From a virus: a stretch of DNA of 64,000 bases. Of this stretch, positions 54,842 through 63,613 are shown piece after piece. Under the pieces are notes generated by a model. The model made no database searches and was not told the origin of the DNA. It saw only the letters and a program-made list of their open reading frames with translations. The position numbers were made by a program, and so were the translations under genes. Positions within the stretch are counted from its first letter, which is position 1, and every line of letters begins with the position of its first letter. The stretch covers positions 32,001-96,000 of IMG/VR virus record IMGVR_UViG_3300036893_000013. One strand, 5' to 3'.

Positions 54842-55273
54842 TTAGTTGTTTCCGTAGTTGTAATAATAAAGGCTTCCACAAGTACTACAGTTGTTTCCGT
54901 AGTTGTAATAATAAAGGCTTCCACAAGTACAGTAGTTTCCAGAACACCAACCGCAAGAGCAGGTAATATTTCCGGAGGAGGTAATATTTCCGGGAATACC
55001 AGAGAAAACACCCGGGAGGATATAAGATTTAGGAACAATGAACTTATAATCTTCCGAAAACTGGTACCCAAACTCCCATCCCGATTTCTTTTCTATGTAT
55101 TTATGTTGGATATAAGTATTCCAGTCGTCGGAAGCTTTTTGTGCTCTAACTAAATCATCATGTTTGTTTTTGCTGAGAACTTGATCCTGTGGGGATAGCT
55201 CTATTACTTTAGCCGTTTGAGCCGGAAGTATTGTACTCACCAGCAAAAATAGTATTTTTATCATTTTTGTCAT
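54842..55273 (-). CDS. Secreted protein with Cys/Tyr-rich repeated tail
   Basis: MIKILFLLVSTILPA|Q; TCGSLYYYNYGNN twice. Confidence 0.65.
   Translation of the reverse strand: MTKMIKILFLLVSTILPAQTAKVIELSPQDQVLSKNKHDDLVRAQKASDDWNTYIQHKYIEKKSGWEFGYQFSEDYKFIVPKSYILPGVFSGIPGNITSSGNITCSCGWCSGNYCTCGSLYYYNYGNNCSTCGSLYYYNYGNN
54844..54930. repeat. 42-bp direct repeat, period 45
   Basis: AGTTGTTTCCGTAGTTGTAATAATAAAGGCTTCCACAAGTAC at 54844 and 54889. Confidence 0.9.
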
Positions 55274-55276
55274 CTG

Positions 55277-55603
55277 TTACATCCTCTGTAAATACATTCT
55301 TTGTATTGCAGACACAAACTCTACAATTTCTTTCTCAGTAGCTTTAGATTCCGGAAGCTGGAAAAATTCCGGGGAGTGTCCTTTTTGAACAACCACTATT
55401 ATACCGTCAGGAACATGTACATCACGGGAAGCCGAATACTCTCGAAATCCATCTGCCAAAACCCAACGTTTTTTGTTCCCAGACTTAACCTCTATCCATT
55501 GTACACCATTTCGGTTAAGAAATCCACAGTCGGTAACAGTAGCGATTTTTGAGGCGTTTTTTATACTGACAACCCGGTTTCCTATTTTGAACACTAAAAC
55601 CAT
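55277..55603 (-). CDS. Hypothetical SH3-like protein
   Basis: FKIGNRVV...WIEV pattern. Confidence 0.6.
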   Translation of the reverse strand: MVLVFKIGNRVVSIKNASKIATVTDCGFLNRNGVQWIEVKSGNKKRWVLADGFREYSASRDVHVPDGIIVVVQKGHSPEFFQLPESKATEKEIVEFVSAIQRMYLQRM

Positions 55604-55875
55604 CCCTTACTAGGAAGGAAGGGAAGGTCTCTAATCCCCGAAGCTCGGTCTTCTCTAACCGCTTGTATTTCTGCTATCACCAATTTCCTATCCTCTTTAT
55701 TCTGTGGATCAGCTAGTTTGATAGAACCTTTACCACCCTCCCAATTCAACTTCTTTCCAAAGTATACACTAGCTTCAGTTTCAGTACCAAAATACACAAA
55801 CTTTCCATATTCCGGAAATTCCATGATCCAGTATTCTGGTTTAGGATCGTCTTCTGGTAATTTAAATAAAGTCAT
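55594..55875 (-). CDS. Hypothetical protein, first gene of the leftward unit
   Basis: 93 aa directly behind a consensus promoter. Confidence 0.7.
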   Translation of the reverse strand: MTLFKLPEDDPKPEYWIMEFPEYGKFVYFGTETEASVYFGKKLNWEGGKGSIKLADPQNKEDRKLVIAEIQAVREDRASGIRDLPFLPSKGWF

Positions 55876-55880
55876 AATTT

Positions 55881-55909
55881 ATTATATCATTTTTTTGAAA
55901 ATTTGTCAA
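55881..55909 (-). promoter_or_regulatory. Consensus sigma70 promoter, leaderless transcript predicted
   Basis: TTGACA-17-TATAAT with TGA extension and T-tract upstream; ATG 5 nt after the -10 box. Confidence 0.85.
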
Positions 55910-56472
55910 AAAAATTTAGGGAGTAAGAGATATAAAAAAAGGAGGTGTTTTGGTCAGGTCAGGTAAACGCTGGCGTGCCGTGGCCGGGGGGCTTCCCCAT
56001 ACCCGTCTAGCCTAAAAAGGATGGTATCCCGCACGCTACATAATCGTATGTCACGCAAAGCACTCATACTTAGCTCGCCTTGTAATTAACTGAGCTAGAC
56101 AGCATAAATTATCCGCCTCACCCATAAGAATCTGGCGAGCTACCAGTCCAATATGGTCCTGTTTGCGCGGGATTGCGCGTAAACTCAATAGAATCAATCG
56201 CGTTTAGGAATCGCTGTAATGGCTTCACGCGAGAATGCGCGAGAATCGTTACAAACTGTAATGATTACAAGTCAGACACATATAGTTAATAGCTCAAGGT
56301 CAATCCGTATTGAATCGTTAACACTATTGTACCAGACCGTGTAAAGCGTATTGAATCGATGTACTTTAAGCGTAATGATCGATTTTTGATCGATTCCGAC
56401 CCGTATTGACCCGAAAAAAATTTATTCGGCCCTAGAAAATCGCTTTACCTATCGTTTTCCACAAGTGGGGTA

Positions 56473-56501
56473 TTGACACGTTTTCGGGAGTGGATTAGAG
56501 T
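56473..56501 (+). promoter_or_regulatory. Early sigma70-type promoter P1
   Basis: TTGACA-17-TAGAGT with upstream A/T tracts. Confidence 0.7.
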
Positions 56502-56567
56502 CGAAACACGTCAACCGAACGGTGACGAATTCATGGTAAAGCCTACCTTACAGGCAATGGAGAAAAC

Positions 56568-56960
56568 ATGACAATGACACTAGCAGAATCGCTCAAGAAA
56601 AACGAGGAATTACAGGCACGCATCGCAGAATTGGAGGCTGCCAAGGCCGGTCGCATCACAGTGAAGATGAGTGAGTTTGGTGGAGGTACCGTTTCAGTGT
56701 ATGGTATTCGCCGGTTCCCGCTCAGTTTTTTCGCTGGGGAGTGGGCGAAGATCATCGCAGTTGGACCCGAAGTAGACGCATACATTGCAGCCCATTCCAA
56801 TGAGCTACGGTGCGCAGCGTTTGCGAAGGAATACTGCGAGAAGTCGAAAGTCGAGTGGGATTCCAAAGACAAGGAAAACACCGCATACAAGGCGAAGTAT
56901 GCAGAGGGATACGCGCAAGCGATCAAGAATCCCTCGCTGTTCTCTTCCAAGAGCAAGTAA
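56568..56960 (+). CDS. Early hypothetical protein
   Basis: GGAG RBS; ELQARIAELE coil, G.VSVYG..RFP.SFFAGEW motif; GC-rich codon usage. Confidence 0.8.
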   Translation: MTMTLAESLKKNEELQARIAELEAAKAGRITVKMSEFGGGTVSVYGIRRFPLSFFAGEWAKIIAVGPEVDAYIAAHSNELRCAAFAKEYCEKSKVEWDSKDKENTAYKAKYAEGYAQAIKNPSLFSSKSK

Positions 56961-56979
56961 GTTGTTCCTGATTCACTCA

Positions 56980-57007
56980 GCCCACTCTTCGGAGTGGGCA
57001 TTTTTTT
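56980..57007 (+). terminator. Intrinsic terminator
   Basis: GCCCACTC-TTCG-GAGTGGGC followed by A and T7. Confidence 0.9.
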
Positions 57008-57310
57008 GCTCAAAAATAAATCCGCTCTACCGTTTCCGCACGTTCTCCCGTCCTGTATTCGCCCCACTAAATCGCTTTTCTTTTCCCTGTAACGCATTTT
57101 CTCTCCATCGGTGGCACTCTCCATCCTTCCCAAACGAAGTAAATCGCTTTACTGACGATCTGAGCGCTGGTAATCGGTAATCCGATTACCTACAGATATT
57201 ACTACTATGTCTGTGTGGGGGTTGTTGCGCAATACCTAATACCGCAGTTAAGTCTAGTATGATCAAGTATATACGTTCGGACACGGTTTCGTGCCGCAAA
57301 AAAAATTTTC

Positions 57311-57339
57311 TTGACACATTTTTCGGGCCGTGATACCGT
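57311..57339 (+). promoter_or_regulatory. Early sigma70-type promoter P2
   Basis: A-tract, TTGACA-17-TACCGT with TGA extension. Confidence 0.7.
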
Positions 57340-57373
57340 CGAGACGTGCGAAAATTTTTGCACCGGAGGATAC

Positions 57374-57847
57374 ATGGCACGCTACCTTTACAGCGAACTA
57401 GCTAGTGCAATACAGGCTAGACGTAATTGCTTGCGATCAATGCAGGGTTTAAACCCTAACGCAGTATCAGCCAGTGTTGGTATGAAAGATAATGAGTTTC
57501 ACAGATTGGAAGGTTGGGTTGATCGTTGGATTGAGTATATCCAGCAGTTAACAAAGGACTTACCTTCCGGGGCTGGGTTTGACAACGGTACGAAGATCGA
57601 CATAGATAGTAGTCATGCCGAGAAGCTGGTATTCACTACTTCTTTCCATCACATGAATGAATTTGGGTTCTATGGGTGGACAGACCATGTGATTACAGTT
57701 ACTCCTTCCTTCACTGGTATAAACCTACGTGTAACTGGACGTAACCATAATGGAATCAAGGAGTATATACTCGAAACATTCGAGTATGCTTTGACGCGCG
57801 AAACTAGTGTTAGTTTGCAGGGTATCATCTCAGAGGAGGGATTATGA
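57374..57847 (+). CDS. Early hypothetical protein
   Basis: GGAGGA RBS before ATG 57374; LPSGAGFDNG, FHHMNE.G.Y.GWT motif. Confidence 0.8.
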   Translation: MARYLYSELASAIQARRNCLRSMQGLNPNAVSASVGMKDNEFHRLEGWVDRWIEYIQQLTKDLPSGAGFDNGTKIDIDSSHAEKLVFTTSFHHMNEFGFYGWTDHVITVTPSFTGINLRVTGRNHNGIKEYILETFEYALTRETSVSLQGIISEEGL

Positions 57848-58032
57848 CGCTAGAAGGAGCTAGGAAGGAAGCGCAACGTAGGGCTAACGTACTAGGTAAT
57901 TCCTACATAGTATGTAAGTCCTTAACTGCGTTGGATATACCAGAGGAGGATAGGTATATGGTTTGCTTAACGTTGCCTATTCATGCCACGCGCGTTGGGG
58001 AGCGTATCTACCCAGAAAGGAAGGAAGTATGA
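57844..58032 (+). CDS. Hypothetical protein
   Basis: GAGGAGG RBS, ATGA coupling. Confidence 0.7.
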   Translation: MTLEGARKEAQRRANVLGNSYIVCKSLTALDIPEEDRYMVCLTLPIHATRVGERIYPERKEV

Positions 58033-58457
58033 CAATTCAAGAAGCAGCACAAACTGCATTGGATGTACAAGATGCGGTTAATCTATCGGCGGTGGCTAGG
58101 AGTCTAGTTTCAGTCCTAGATGTATTGTGGACTCAGGCTAGGGAGGAAGGGAAGGGTACTGACTATGTCAACACTCATCCCATAGTCACCTTGTTTCTGG
58201 ACAAGCTAACAAGTCTTAACCACGGTGATGTTCTAAGTTGCTATCCTCTCGTAGAGGAGATGACTAAAAAGGTTGCCGTGCCGGATTGGATGACTGCTAA
58301 GCAAGTAGAAGCAGTTCACAATTTGTATACTCGGGATAGACAGGGAGTATCGCGGGAGGAGTTTTTCCGGAAAGTGGAAAACTATGGTGACTACTGCGGG
58401 TTGTCGTGGTGTGGTATGTTCATTGGGATTGAGAAAGACGGATACACTCACAGCTAG
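58029..58457 (+). CDS. Hypothetical protein, likely a two-domain fusion
   Basis: AAGGA RBS; VQDAVNLS.V domain plus C-terminal CGMFIGIEKDGYTHS domain. Confidence 0.75.
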   Translation: MTIQEAAQTALDVQDAVNLSAVARSLVSVLDVLWTQAREEGKGTDYVNTHPIVTLFLDKLTSLNHGDVLSCYPLVEEMTKKVAVPDWMTAKQVEAVHNLYTRDRQGVSREEFFRKVENYGDYCGLSWCGMFIGIEKDGYTHS

Positions 58458-58466
58458 GAGGATGAA

Positions 58467-58742
58467 ATGCCGGTAACAATCCATGAGTTAGCAGTATATA
58501 GGGGCTTGAAGACGGAAGAAGATGGCTCCTATACAATGGCGGATATAGAGGAAGTTGGATTGCCTCTATTGTCAGGTTGCGAGAACTGCGGTGCTTCGCT
58601 GGCCGCATATAACGCTTATCCCTCTACCACTGGATTCATACGTTGTGCTGGTTGCATTGGTAGTCTAGGGTGGACAACAGTTGAGGAGGCTGCTATTGGG
58701 TTATTTAACATAGGAGAGGAAGATGGCAACCTATCACACTAA
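58467..58742 (+). CDS. Hypothetical zinc-finger protein
   Basis: CENC...CAGC; AGGAGG RBS. Confidence 0.75.
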   Translation: MPVTIHELAVYRGLKTEEDGSYTMADIEEVGLPLLSGCENCGASLAAYNAYPSTTGFIRCAGCIGSLGWTTVEEAAIGLFNIGEEDGNLSH

Positions 58743-58872
58743 GCACCCATTTCAGCCGGGTCAGCTTACGCAGGTTTGGAATGGAAAAAAGCACGAATGG
58801 CAACCAAGTCCACATTTTTGTGTAGTATGTGGGCGTAAACAGGACCATGTTCTGCATGGAGGGAAAAAATGA
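58723..58872 (+). CDS. Small His/Cys protein (49 aa)
   Basis: MATYHTKHPF...FCVVCGRKQDHVLH; GAGGA RBS, ATGA overlap with the next gene. Confidence 0.65.
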   Translation: MATYHTKHPFQPGQLTQVWNGKKHEWQPSPHFCVVCGRKQDHVLHGGKK

Positions 58873-59174
58873 GTCTAGCAAGTATCAAGCGGCGGGCTGT
58901 TGTGGGAGCTAAACTCCAGATTGTCAGACATGACTGGCCCATGTTGCGGTTAAATCAAACCGAGGAGGAGTATCAGGCTAAGAGAGATGCTTTCTTTGCT
59001 GTACGAGAGATAGTCATCTCTAAGCCCACGGAAATAGGATTTAGGACGGGGGAGAAAATCTCGTATCTCTCTTGGCCTAAATCTAATGCCGTTAGAGAGA
59101 CTGCTAATGGGTTTGATGTTGATTTGAAAGGAGATGGGGCTTTCAGTGAAATCATCTCGTATGAGTGGAGGTAA
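58869..59174 (+). CDS. Hypothetical protein
   Basis: GGAGG RBS, 101 aa. Confidence 0.7.
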   Translation: MSLASIKRRAVVGAKLQIVRHDWPMLRLNQTEEEYQAKRDAFFAVREIVISKPTEIGFRTGEKISYLSWPKSNAVRETANGFDVDLKGDGAFSEIISYEWR

Positions 59175-59175
59175 G

Positions 59176-59379
59176 ATGACAAGCAAACCAATTGAGTATG
59201 TAACCATGCCAGTGTCTACCCTGATGGCGTTGATTACCATCAAGGATAACCAGTTAAAGCGGATTGTAGGAGATGACCCGGTTTCTGTCATTTCCCGCAT
59301 AAAACTCCAACATGAGATAGACCAGCTAAGAACGGCTATCTTAACAGGACAACAGGTTAACTGCATACCAGTGAAGTAA
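59176..59379 (+). CDS. Hypothetical protein
   Basis: GGAGGT RBS before MTSKPIEY. Confidence 0.65.
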   Translation: MTSKPIEYVTMPVSTLMALITIKDNQLKRIVGDDPVSVISRIKLQHEIDQLRTAILTGQQVNCIPVK

Positions 59380-59388
59380 GGAGGAGTC

Positions 59389-59982
59389 ATGAAAGTAGTT
59401 TTGACAACATCTTTTGGTCGGCTAAGAGCAGCCGGAGCGTGTTCTCTTAGATACAGACATCTAAGAAAAGCGCTAGGTGAGGAGGAGTATACTGATACTA
59501 CTCCTATCAACTTACTAACAATACTCAAAACCAATGGACTAAGCGATGCACTTTGGGCGATGTGTGCTACAAAACAGAATTGCGATAAAGTGTCTCGATT
59601 GATGGCTGCCGATTTCGCTGAATCGGTTCTATTCATCTGGGAGGCCGCGTATCCAGATGACAATAGACCAGCTATGGCTATCAAAGCAGCAAGGGATTTT
59701 GCCGAGGGGAAAATAACTGAAGAGGAGTTGTCAGCAGCATGGCCAGCAGCAGAGACAGCAGGGTTAGACTCGACGCCATCATGGGCAGCAAGAGCAGCAG
59801 CAAGAGCAGCAGCAAGAGCAGCATGGCCAGTACAAAGGCCAGCATGGGCAGCAGCAGAGACAGCAGGATGGGCAGCATCGGCAATAGGGAGGGAGAGGGA
59901 GCTAGCATTAGGTGCAGCAGCATGGGCAGCATCAGCATCGGCACGGACCAAAATCTTCGAGAAGTATCTCTCGGAAGTATGA
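59389..59982 (+). CDS. Imm5-like domain protein with Ala/Trp-rich repeats
   Basis: DFAESVL..WE..YPDDNRP..AI.AAR.FA.G motif, then (AAR)n/AAW repeats; AAGGAGG RBS. Confidence 0.75.
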   Translation: MKVVLTTSFGRLRAAGACSLRYRHLRKALGEEEYTDTTPINLLTILKTNGLSDALWAMCATKQNCDKVSRLMAADFAESVLFIWEAAYPDDNRPAMAIKAARDFAEGKITEEELSAAWPAAETAGLDSTPSWAARAAARAAARAAWPVQRPAWAAAETAGWAASAIGRERELALGAAAWAASASARTKIFEKYLSEV

Positions 59983-60022
59983 GGAATTTTCCAGTCCGGA
60001 AATTTATGAAAGGAGGAGGTAA

Positions 60023-60247
60023 ATGATCTTTCGAGTTCGTCAGAAACAGACATATTACGAGGATTTCGAGGTATCGGCTGTGAGTGCCTATGAAGCCATT
60101 GCGCTAGTAGACTCAGCTAGCGTCGAGTCTCTGGGTGCGCCGGAGTACCTTGAAACAACCAACACCTACATCCTTGCTGACGACGGCATATTTGCTGCCA
60201 AACATCAACCGGAGAATGCTACTCCAGATACTCCAGAAAGTGTGTAA
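60023..60247 (+). CDS. Hypothetical protein
   Basis: AAGGAGGAGGT RBS. Confidence 0.7.
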   Translation: MIFRVRQKQTYYEDFEVSAVSAYEAIALVDSASVESLGAPEYLETTNTYILADDGIFAAKHQPENATPDTPESV

Positions 60248-60248
60248 C

Positions 60249-60527
60249 ATGGAAATCAAAACCATCATTCAGCCCCATCCCGGTAGTTTTCACAATACCC
60301 GGAAGTCCTATACGTTTAAGTCATTTAAGCGTGTGAATCGAAACAACGTGGTTGGCTATCCGCCTGAATATGCCGTTATTAGCTTCTCAGACGGTAGAGT
60401 TGACCGAGTGGAGTATAAATCTCGCGCCGAGTATGACGCTCACTTGCAGAAAGTTAAGCTGAAGCTGCAACTTCAGCATCAGAAGTCCGGTATTCAGCGC
60501 AAAGGTTGCGACTGTGGATACTGCTAG
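60249..60527 (+). CDS. Hypothetical protein
   Basis: MEIKT..., C-terminal CDCGYC. Confidence 0.55.
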   Translation: MEIKTIIQPHPGSFHNTRKSYTFKSFKRVNRNNVVGYPPEYAVISFSDGRVDRVEYKSRAEYDAHLQKVKLKLQLQHQKSGIQRKGCDCGYC

Positions 60528-60714
60528 AGTGTTAACTCTTCGCATTGGCGTACTAAATGGAGTTAAGCCTATTGGTGGTATTGAAAAAGTAGGTTTAGCT
60601 CCATTTCCGGCCCAAGGTGTCGAATGGGTTAACGTTAACCGTACCGTGGTAGTGGCCACTAACTCTGTGTCTACTAGGATGGTATATGGTCCTTTCTGGG
60701 GGAGATTGAAATGA
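60514..60714 (+). CDS. Hypothetical protein
   Basis: Fills the gap in the operon, GTG start. Confidence 0.45.
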   Translation: MDTARVLTLRIGVLNGVKPIGGIEKVGLAPFPAQGVEWVNVNRTVVVATNSVSTRMVYGPFWGRLK

Positions 60715-60938
60715 AGGTTTACGTCATTTGGACTTTGGATGGTGGTCCTTTGGCTGTTGGAACAGACGAACAGGAAACATTTATCAGAGCTAGAGAGCTA
60801 CTGGAAAATGGAGTTGAAAATGTTCGGATAGCCGAAATTCTGATGAACAGTTACGCTCCTTGCGTTCACCGCGAGTGGTTTGTAGATTTGGCAGGTAATG
60901 TCAAATTACTAGGTAAGACTCAAAACCGGACTCAATGA
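60711..60938 (+). CDS. Hypothetical protein
   Basis: MKVYVIW start, GGAG RBS. Confidence 0.65.
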   Translation: MKVYVIWTLDGGPLAVGTDEQETFIRARELLENGVENVRIAEILMNSYAPCVHREWFVDLAGNVKLLGKTQNRTQ

Positions 60939-60954
60939 GGGAGAAGGAGGAAGT

Positions 60955-61200
60955 ATGTTCAAACCAGACATGCAATACAGTTTCGAATTACAGGTAAGAC
61001 TCGGTACTGTCGTTGTGGCTATTGTGATGGTCCAAGCGGACACACTCACCGAAGCTGTGCAGATTGCAAGCAAAAACATCTCCGTAGAACAAGTCGAAAA
61101 ATTGATTCCTACGGAAGCTAAACGAAGAGAGTTACTAGATAAACTCCAGCAAATACAGCTTCCATATTATCCCCTGTGTGTTCCAACTGATACCGGATAG
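60955..61200 (+). CDS. Hypothetical protein
   Basis: AAGGAGG RBS. Confidence 0.7.
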   Translation: MFKPDMQYSFELQVRLGTVVVAIVMVQADTLTEAVQIASKNISVEQVEKLIPTEAKRRELLDKLQQIQLPYYPLCVPTDTG

Positions 61201-61224
61201 CTTGATCCAACATGCTTAGATCAT

Positions 61225-61251
61225 ACCCCTGCTTCGGCAGGGGTTTTCTTT
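61225..61251 (+). terminator. Intrinsic terminator
   Basis: ACCCCTGC-TTCG-GCAGGGGT followed by TTTCTTT. Confidence 0.85.
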
Positions 61252-61396
61252 GGCCCGAATGCCATGCCGCGCCTCGCATCTATACTGGTCAGCAACTTTG
61301 GCCCGCGCAAAAAAAAGTTTTCGACAGTTTTTGCGCGGCTGTGGAAAAGTCGCTCGGACCCGCAAGTAAATCGATTTACCTCGCAAAATTTTTCTC

Positions 61397-61425
61397 TTGA
61401 CAGCCGCGCTCGGGTCCGGTACGAT
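61397..61425 (+). promoter_or_regulatory. Early sigma70-type promoter P3
   Basis: TTGACA-17-TACGAT with phased A/T tracts upstream. Confidence 0.75.
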
Positions 61426-61733
61426 CGGATCGGCGCGCAAAATTTTTTGCGTAGGGAAGGAGGTAGCATAAATGCCCAGACTTTAGCTTTTCTTGGCATT
61501 AGAAGCCAGAATGTTAATACTGCCCAAATCTTGAATCTCATTCAAGAAGCGCTGGGCGGGGGTGATCATTTTTCCTTCCACTCTGAATGAGCACCATCAT
61601 TCTGATCGAGATAGGCGCAAGGCTGAGATGCCTGTCGCATTCGCCTAATCGCAGAGGACACGGGCGAACCTGCCCGTGAAATGCGGAGTACCCAAGGGTA
61701 CGCGGTTCCAATCCCGCATGAAAAGAGGTTTTT

Positions 61734-61877
61734 ATGAAATTGCGAGCGTTTCTCTTAGGGATGCGAGAATTCCGGCAAAGCTTTACCACGCGCATCGAAG
61801 GCGAAGCCGAAATGTCTTACGAATATGGACGCGAGTGGGCGCACCGTTTAACCTTTCGACGTTTCGAATCTCACTAA
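61734..61877 (+). CDS. Small hypothetical protein (47 aa)
   Basis: AGAGG RBS; MKLRAFLLGMREFRQSFTTRIEGEAEMSYEYGREWAHRLTFRRFESH. Confidence 0.65.
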   Translation: MKLRAFLLGMREFRQSFTTRIEGEAEMSYEYGREWAHRLTFRRFESH

Positions 61878-62032
61878 ACATATCCGCACGATTCTTGAAC
61901 TCTCCCGTTTTGGCTTCATGGTGGAGATGTTGTTTGTATTGCGCTTGTTGAATCGACCAAGGAGGTGATGCTAAGCATATAGCAGGTAATGGTTTACCTG
62001 AAATCTCAACTAACAACTTTAGGAGAATCAAA

Positions 62033-62683
62033 ATGTTGGAAGTACAAGGTAGTAATGTCATCGTTGGGATTGACCGGTCTGGATCGATGGATACCAGAGA
62101 TGTTGAAGGTCAGTCACGCTACAACTTTTTGAAAGAGAAGTTGATAGCATTTGTAGGAGAAGCAGTAAAGAGTGCGGCTAACAATCAGGTTACCGCAATC
62201 TTCTTCAGTAGCGGAATTCACGATTTAGTACTACGGAATTCTTCCGACGCTGAAGCTGCTTTCAACAAGTACCCGGTAGGTGGTAGCACTGCCACCGATC
62301 TTGCGATAAACGAGGCTTTGCGTGTCTACAAGGCTAACCCCTCAATCCCAGTTCTGTTCTTTTTGGTAACGGACGGTCATCCAGACGACCAAACTCTGGT
62401 TGATCGGGCCATCATCAATGTTACCAAGCAGATCACCCAACCGGAAGACTTCCGTATCATGATTCTGACAGTTGGTCAACGTGATGCGAATCTGACAGCA
62501 TGGTTGGAACATCTGGATGCCGATTTGGGTCCTGCTGGAGCCAAGTACGATATTGTGGGGGTCAATAACCTGCAAGAAGTTGATTTCAAAGAGGCTGCGG
62601 CTGAACTAATTGCCAGCACAACTACAAACGATGAAGCTACAGCCGGTGCTACAGCAGGTAAGACAACCCACCGCATCGACTAA
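62033..62683 (+). CDS. von Willebrand factor A domain protein (Ter-associated type)
   Basis: MIDAS DRSGS, GGSTAT, LVTDG.PDD, L..LD..L...GAKYDIV. Confidence 0.88.
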   Translation: MLEVQGSNVIVGIDRSGSMDTRDVEGQSRYNFLKEKLIAFVGEAVKSAANNQVTAIFFSSGIHDLVLRNSSDAEAAFNKYPVGGSTATDLAINEALRVYKANPSIPVLFFLVTDGHPDDQTLVDRAIINVTKQITQPEDFRIMILTVGQRDANLTAWLEHLDADLGPAGAKYDIVGVNNLQEVDFKEAAAELIASTTTNDEATAGATAGKTTHRID

Positions 62684-62729
62684 AATTAAACCGGGGGCTA
62701 CTATGTAGCCCCCACCCAAAGGAGGTAAA

Positions 62730-62873
62730 ATGAAAATGAACCTAAGGTTGGCTAGGCTACTGGTTGCTATTGCTTGCTTGCTGGTTGCGAGTCTAGTTTT
62801 CAGAGTTAGCTCGTTTGTGATCGTTGCCCTTTTTTTAGGAGCTTTAGTTAGCTTTCTGGCGTGGAGGAAGTAA
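62730..62873 (+). CDS. Small two-TM membrane protein (47 aa)
   Basis: AAGGAGGT RBS; MKMNLRLARLLVAIACLLVASLVFRVSSFVIVALFLGALVSFLAWRK; TAATG-coupled to TerC. Confidence 0.7.
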   Translation: MKMNLRLARLLVAIACLLVASLVFRVSSFVIVALFLGALVSFLAWRK

Positions 62874-63415
62874 TGATTTTAGTATTCGTAGCCGTAGTCT
62901 TCTTGGATGTGATTTTATCGGGAGACAATGCCCTCGTAATCGGGGCTGCGGCTAATACTCTCCCCAAAACAGAACGGAATATAGCTATTGTATTCGGAAT
63001 GGTGCTGGCTGCTGCGACTAGAATACTTCTTTCTTTATTTGCTGTATCTCTACTACACTATAGGTTGGTAGGATTTGTAGCTGGTCTTACTCTTATGTTT
63101 GTTGATGGCATTCTACTTAAGGGTATAGTAGAGAATAACTTACAAGCAAAGGAGCCGAAACAAGGAAAAACATTTTGGAACACTATTGGAATCATTGCCT
63201 TATCTGATATCAGTATGTCTCTCGATAACATTCTTGCTGTAGCAGGAGTAGCTAGAAATCATCCCGTCATAATGAGTTTAGGTTTGATATGCTCTATTGC
63301 TTTTGTAGGGTTTGGAGCAAAACTAGCCAGTTCTCTACTGGAGAAGTGGAAGTTCTTAAATTGGGTAGCTTTTGTACTGATACTTTTCGTTGCTTTGGAG
63401 TTGATTTGGAGTTAA
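62873..63415 (+). CDS. TerC/YjbE family integral membrane protein
   Basis: DVILSGDNALVI and DISMSLDNILAVAG signature motifs, multiple TMs. Confidence 0.92.
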   Translation: MILVFVAVVFLDVILSGDNALVIGAAANTLPKTERNIAIVFGMVLAAATRILLSLFAVSLLHYRLVGFVAGLTLMFVDGILLKGIVENNLQAKEPKQGKTFWNTIGIIALSDISMSLDNILAVAGVARNHPVIMSLGLICSIAFVGFGAKLASSLLEKWKFLNWVAFVLILFVALELIWS

Positions 63416-63424
63416 GGAGGAGAA

Positions 63425-63613
63425 ATGAGAAAGCAGGAACTGATCACTGAGATAGGGCAGGTAGTACATAACTGCTTGGAAGTAAACGACAACAAAACCG
63501 TTCACTATACTTGCGCTACGGTGTCAGGTAGACAGGCGAAGAATCCCATCATTACGGTTAAGATAGGGGGGATTTTGAGAACATGGACGATAGTGGAGGA
63601 AGAATGCAAATAA
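63425..63613 (+). CDS. Hypothetical protein
   Basis: AAGGAGG RBS. Confidence 0.65.
   Translation: MRKQELITEIGQVVHNCLEVNDNKTVHYTCATVSGRQAKNPIITVKIGGILRTWTIVEEECK

Noticed and set aside
54844-54930. Mini-CRISPR or DGR template/variable repeat pair
   Set aside because: Only two identical in-frame copies 3 bp apart, no adenine-specific differences, and no reverse transcriptase in the window
58950-60053. 367-aa minus-strand ORF
   Set aside because: Antisense shadow of RBS-supported + strand genes, kept open by the GCA repeats
61605-61700. TPP riboswitch (GCTGAGA ... GAACCTG)
   Set aside because: Lacks the CUGAU...UAAU...GCG.AGG core and P1 pairing; no thiamine gene downstream
61880-62030. yybP-ykoY (Mn) or fluoride riboswitch upstream of vWA-TerC
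   Set aside because: Consensus elements not found
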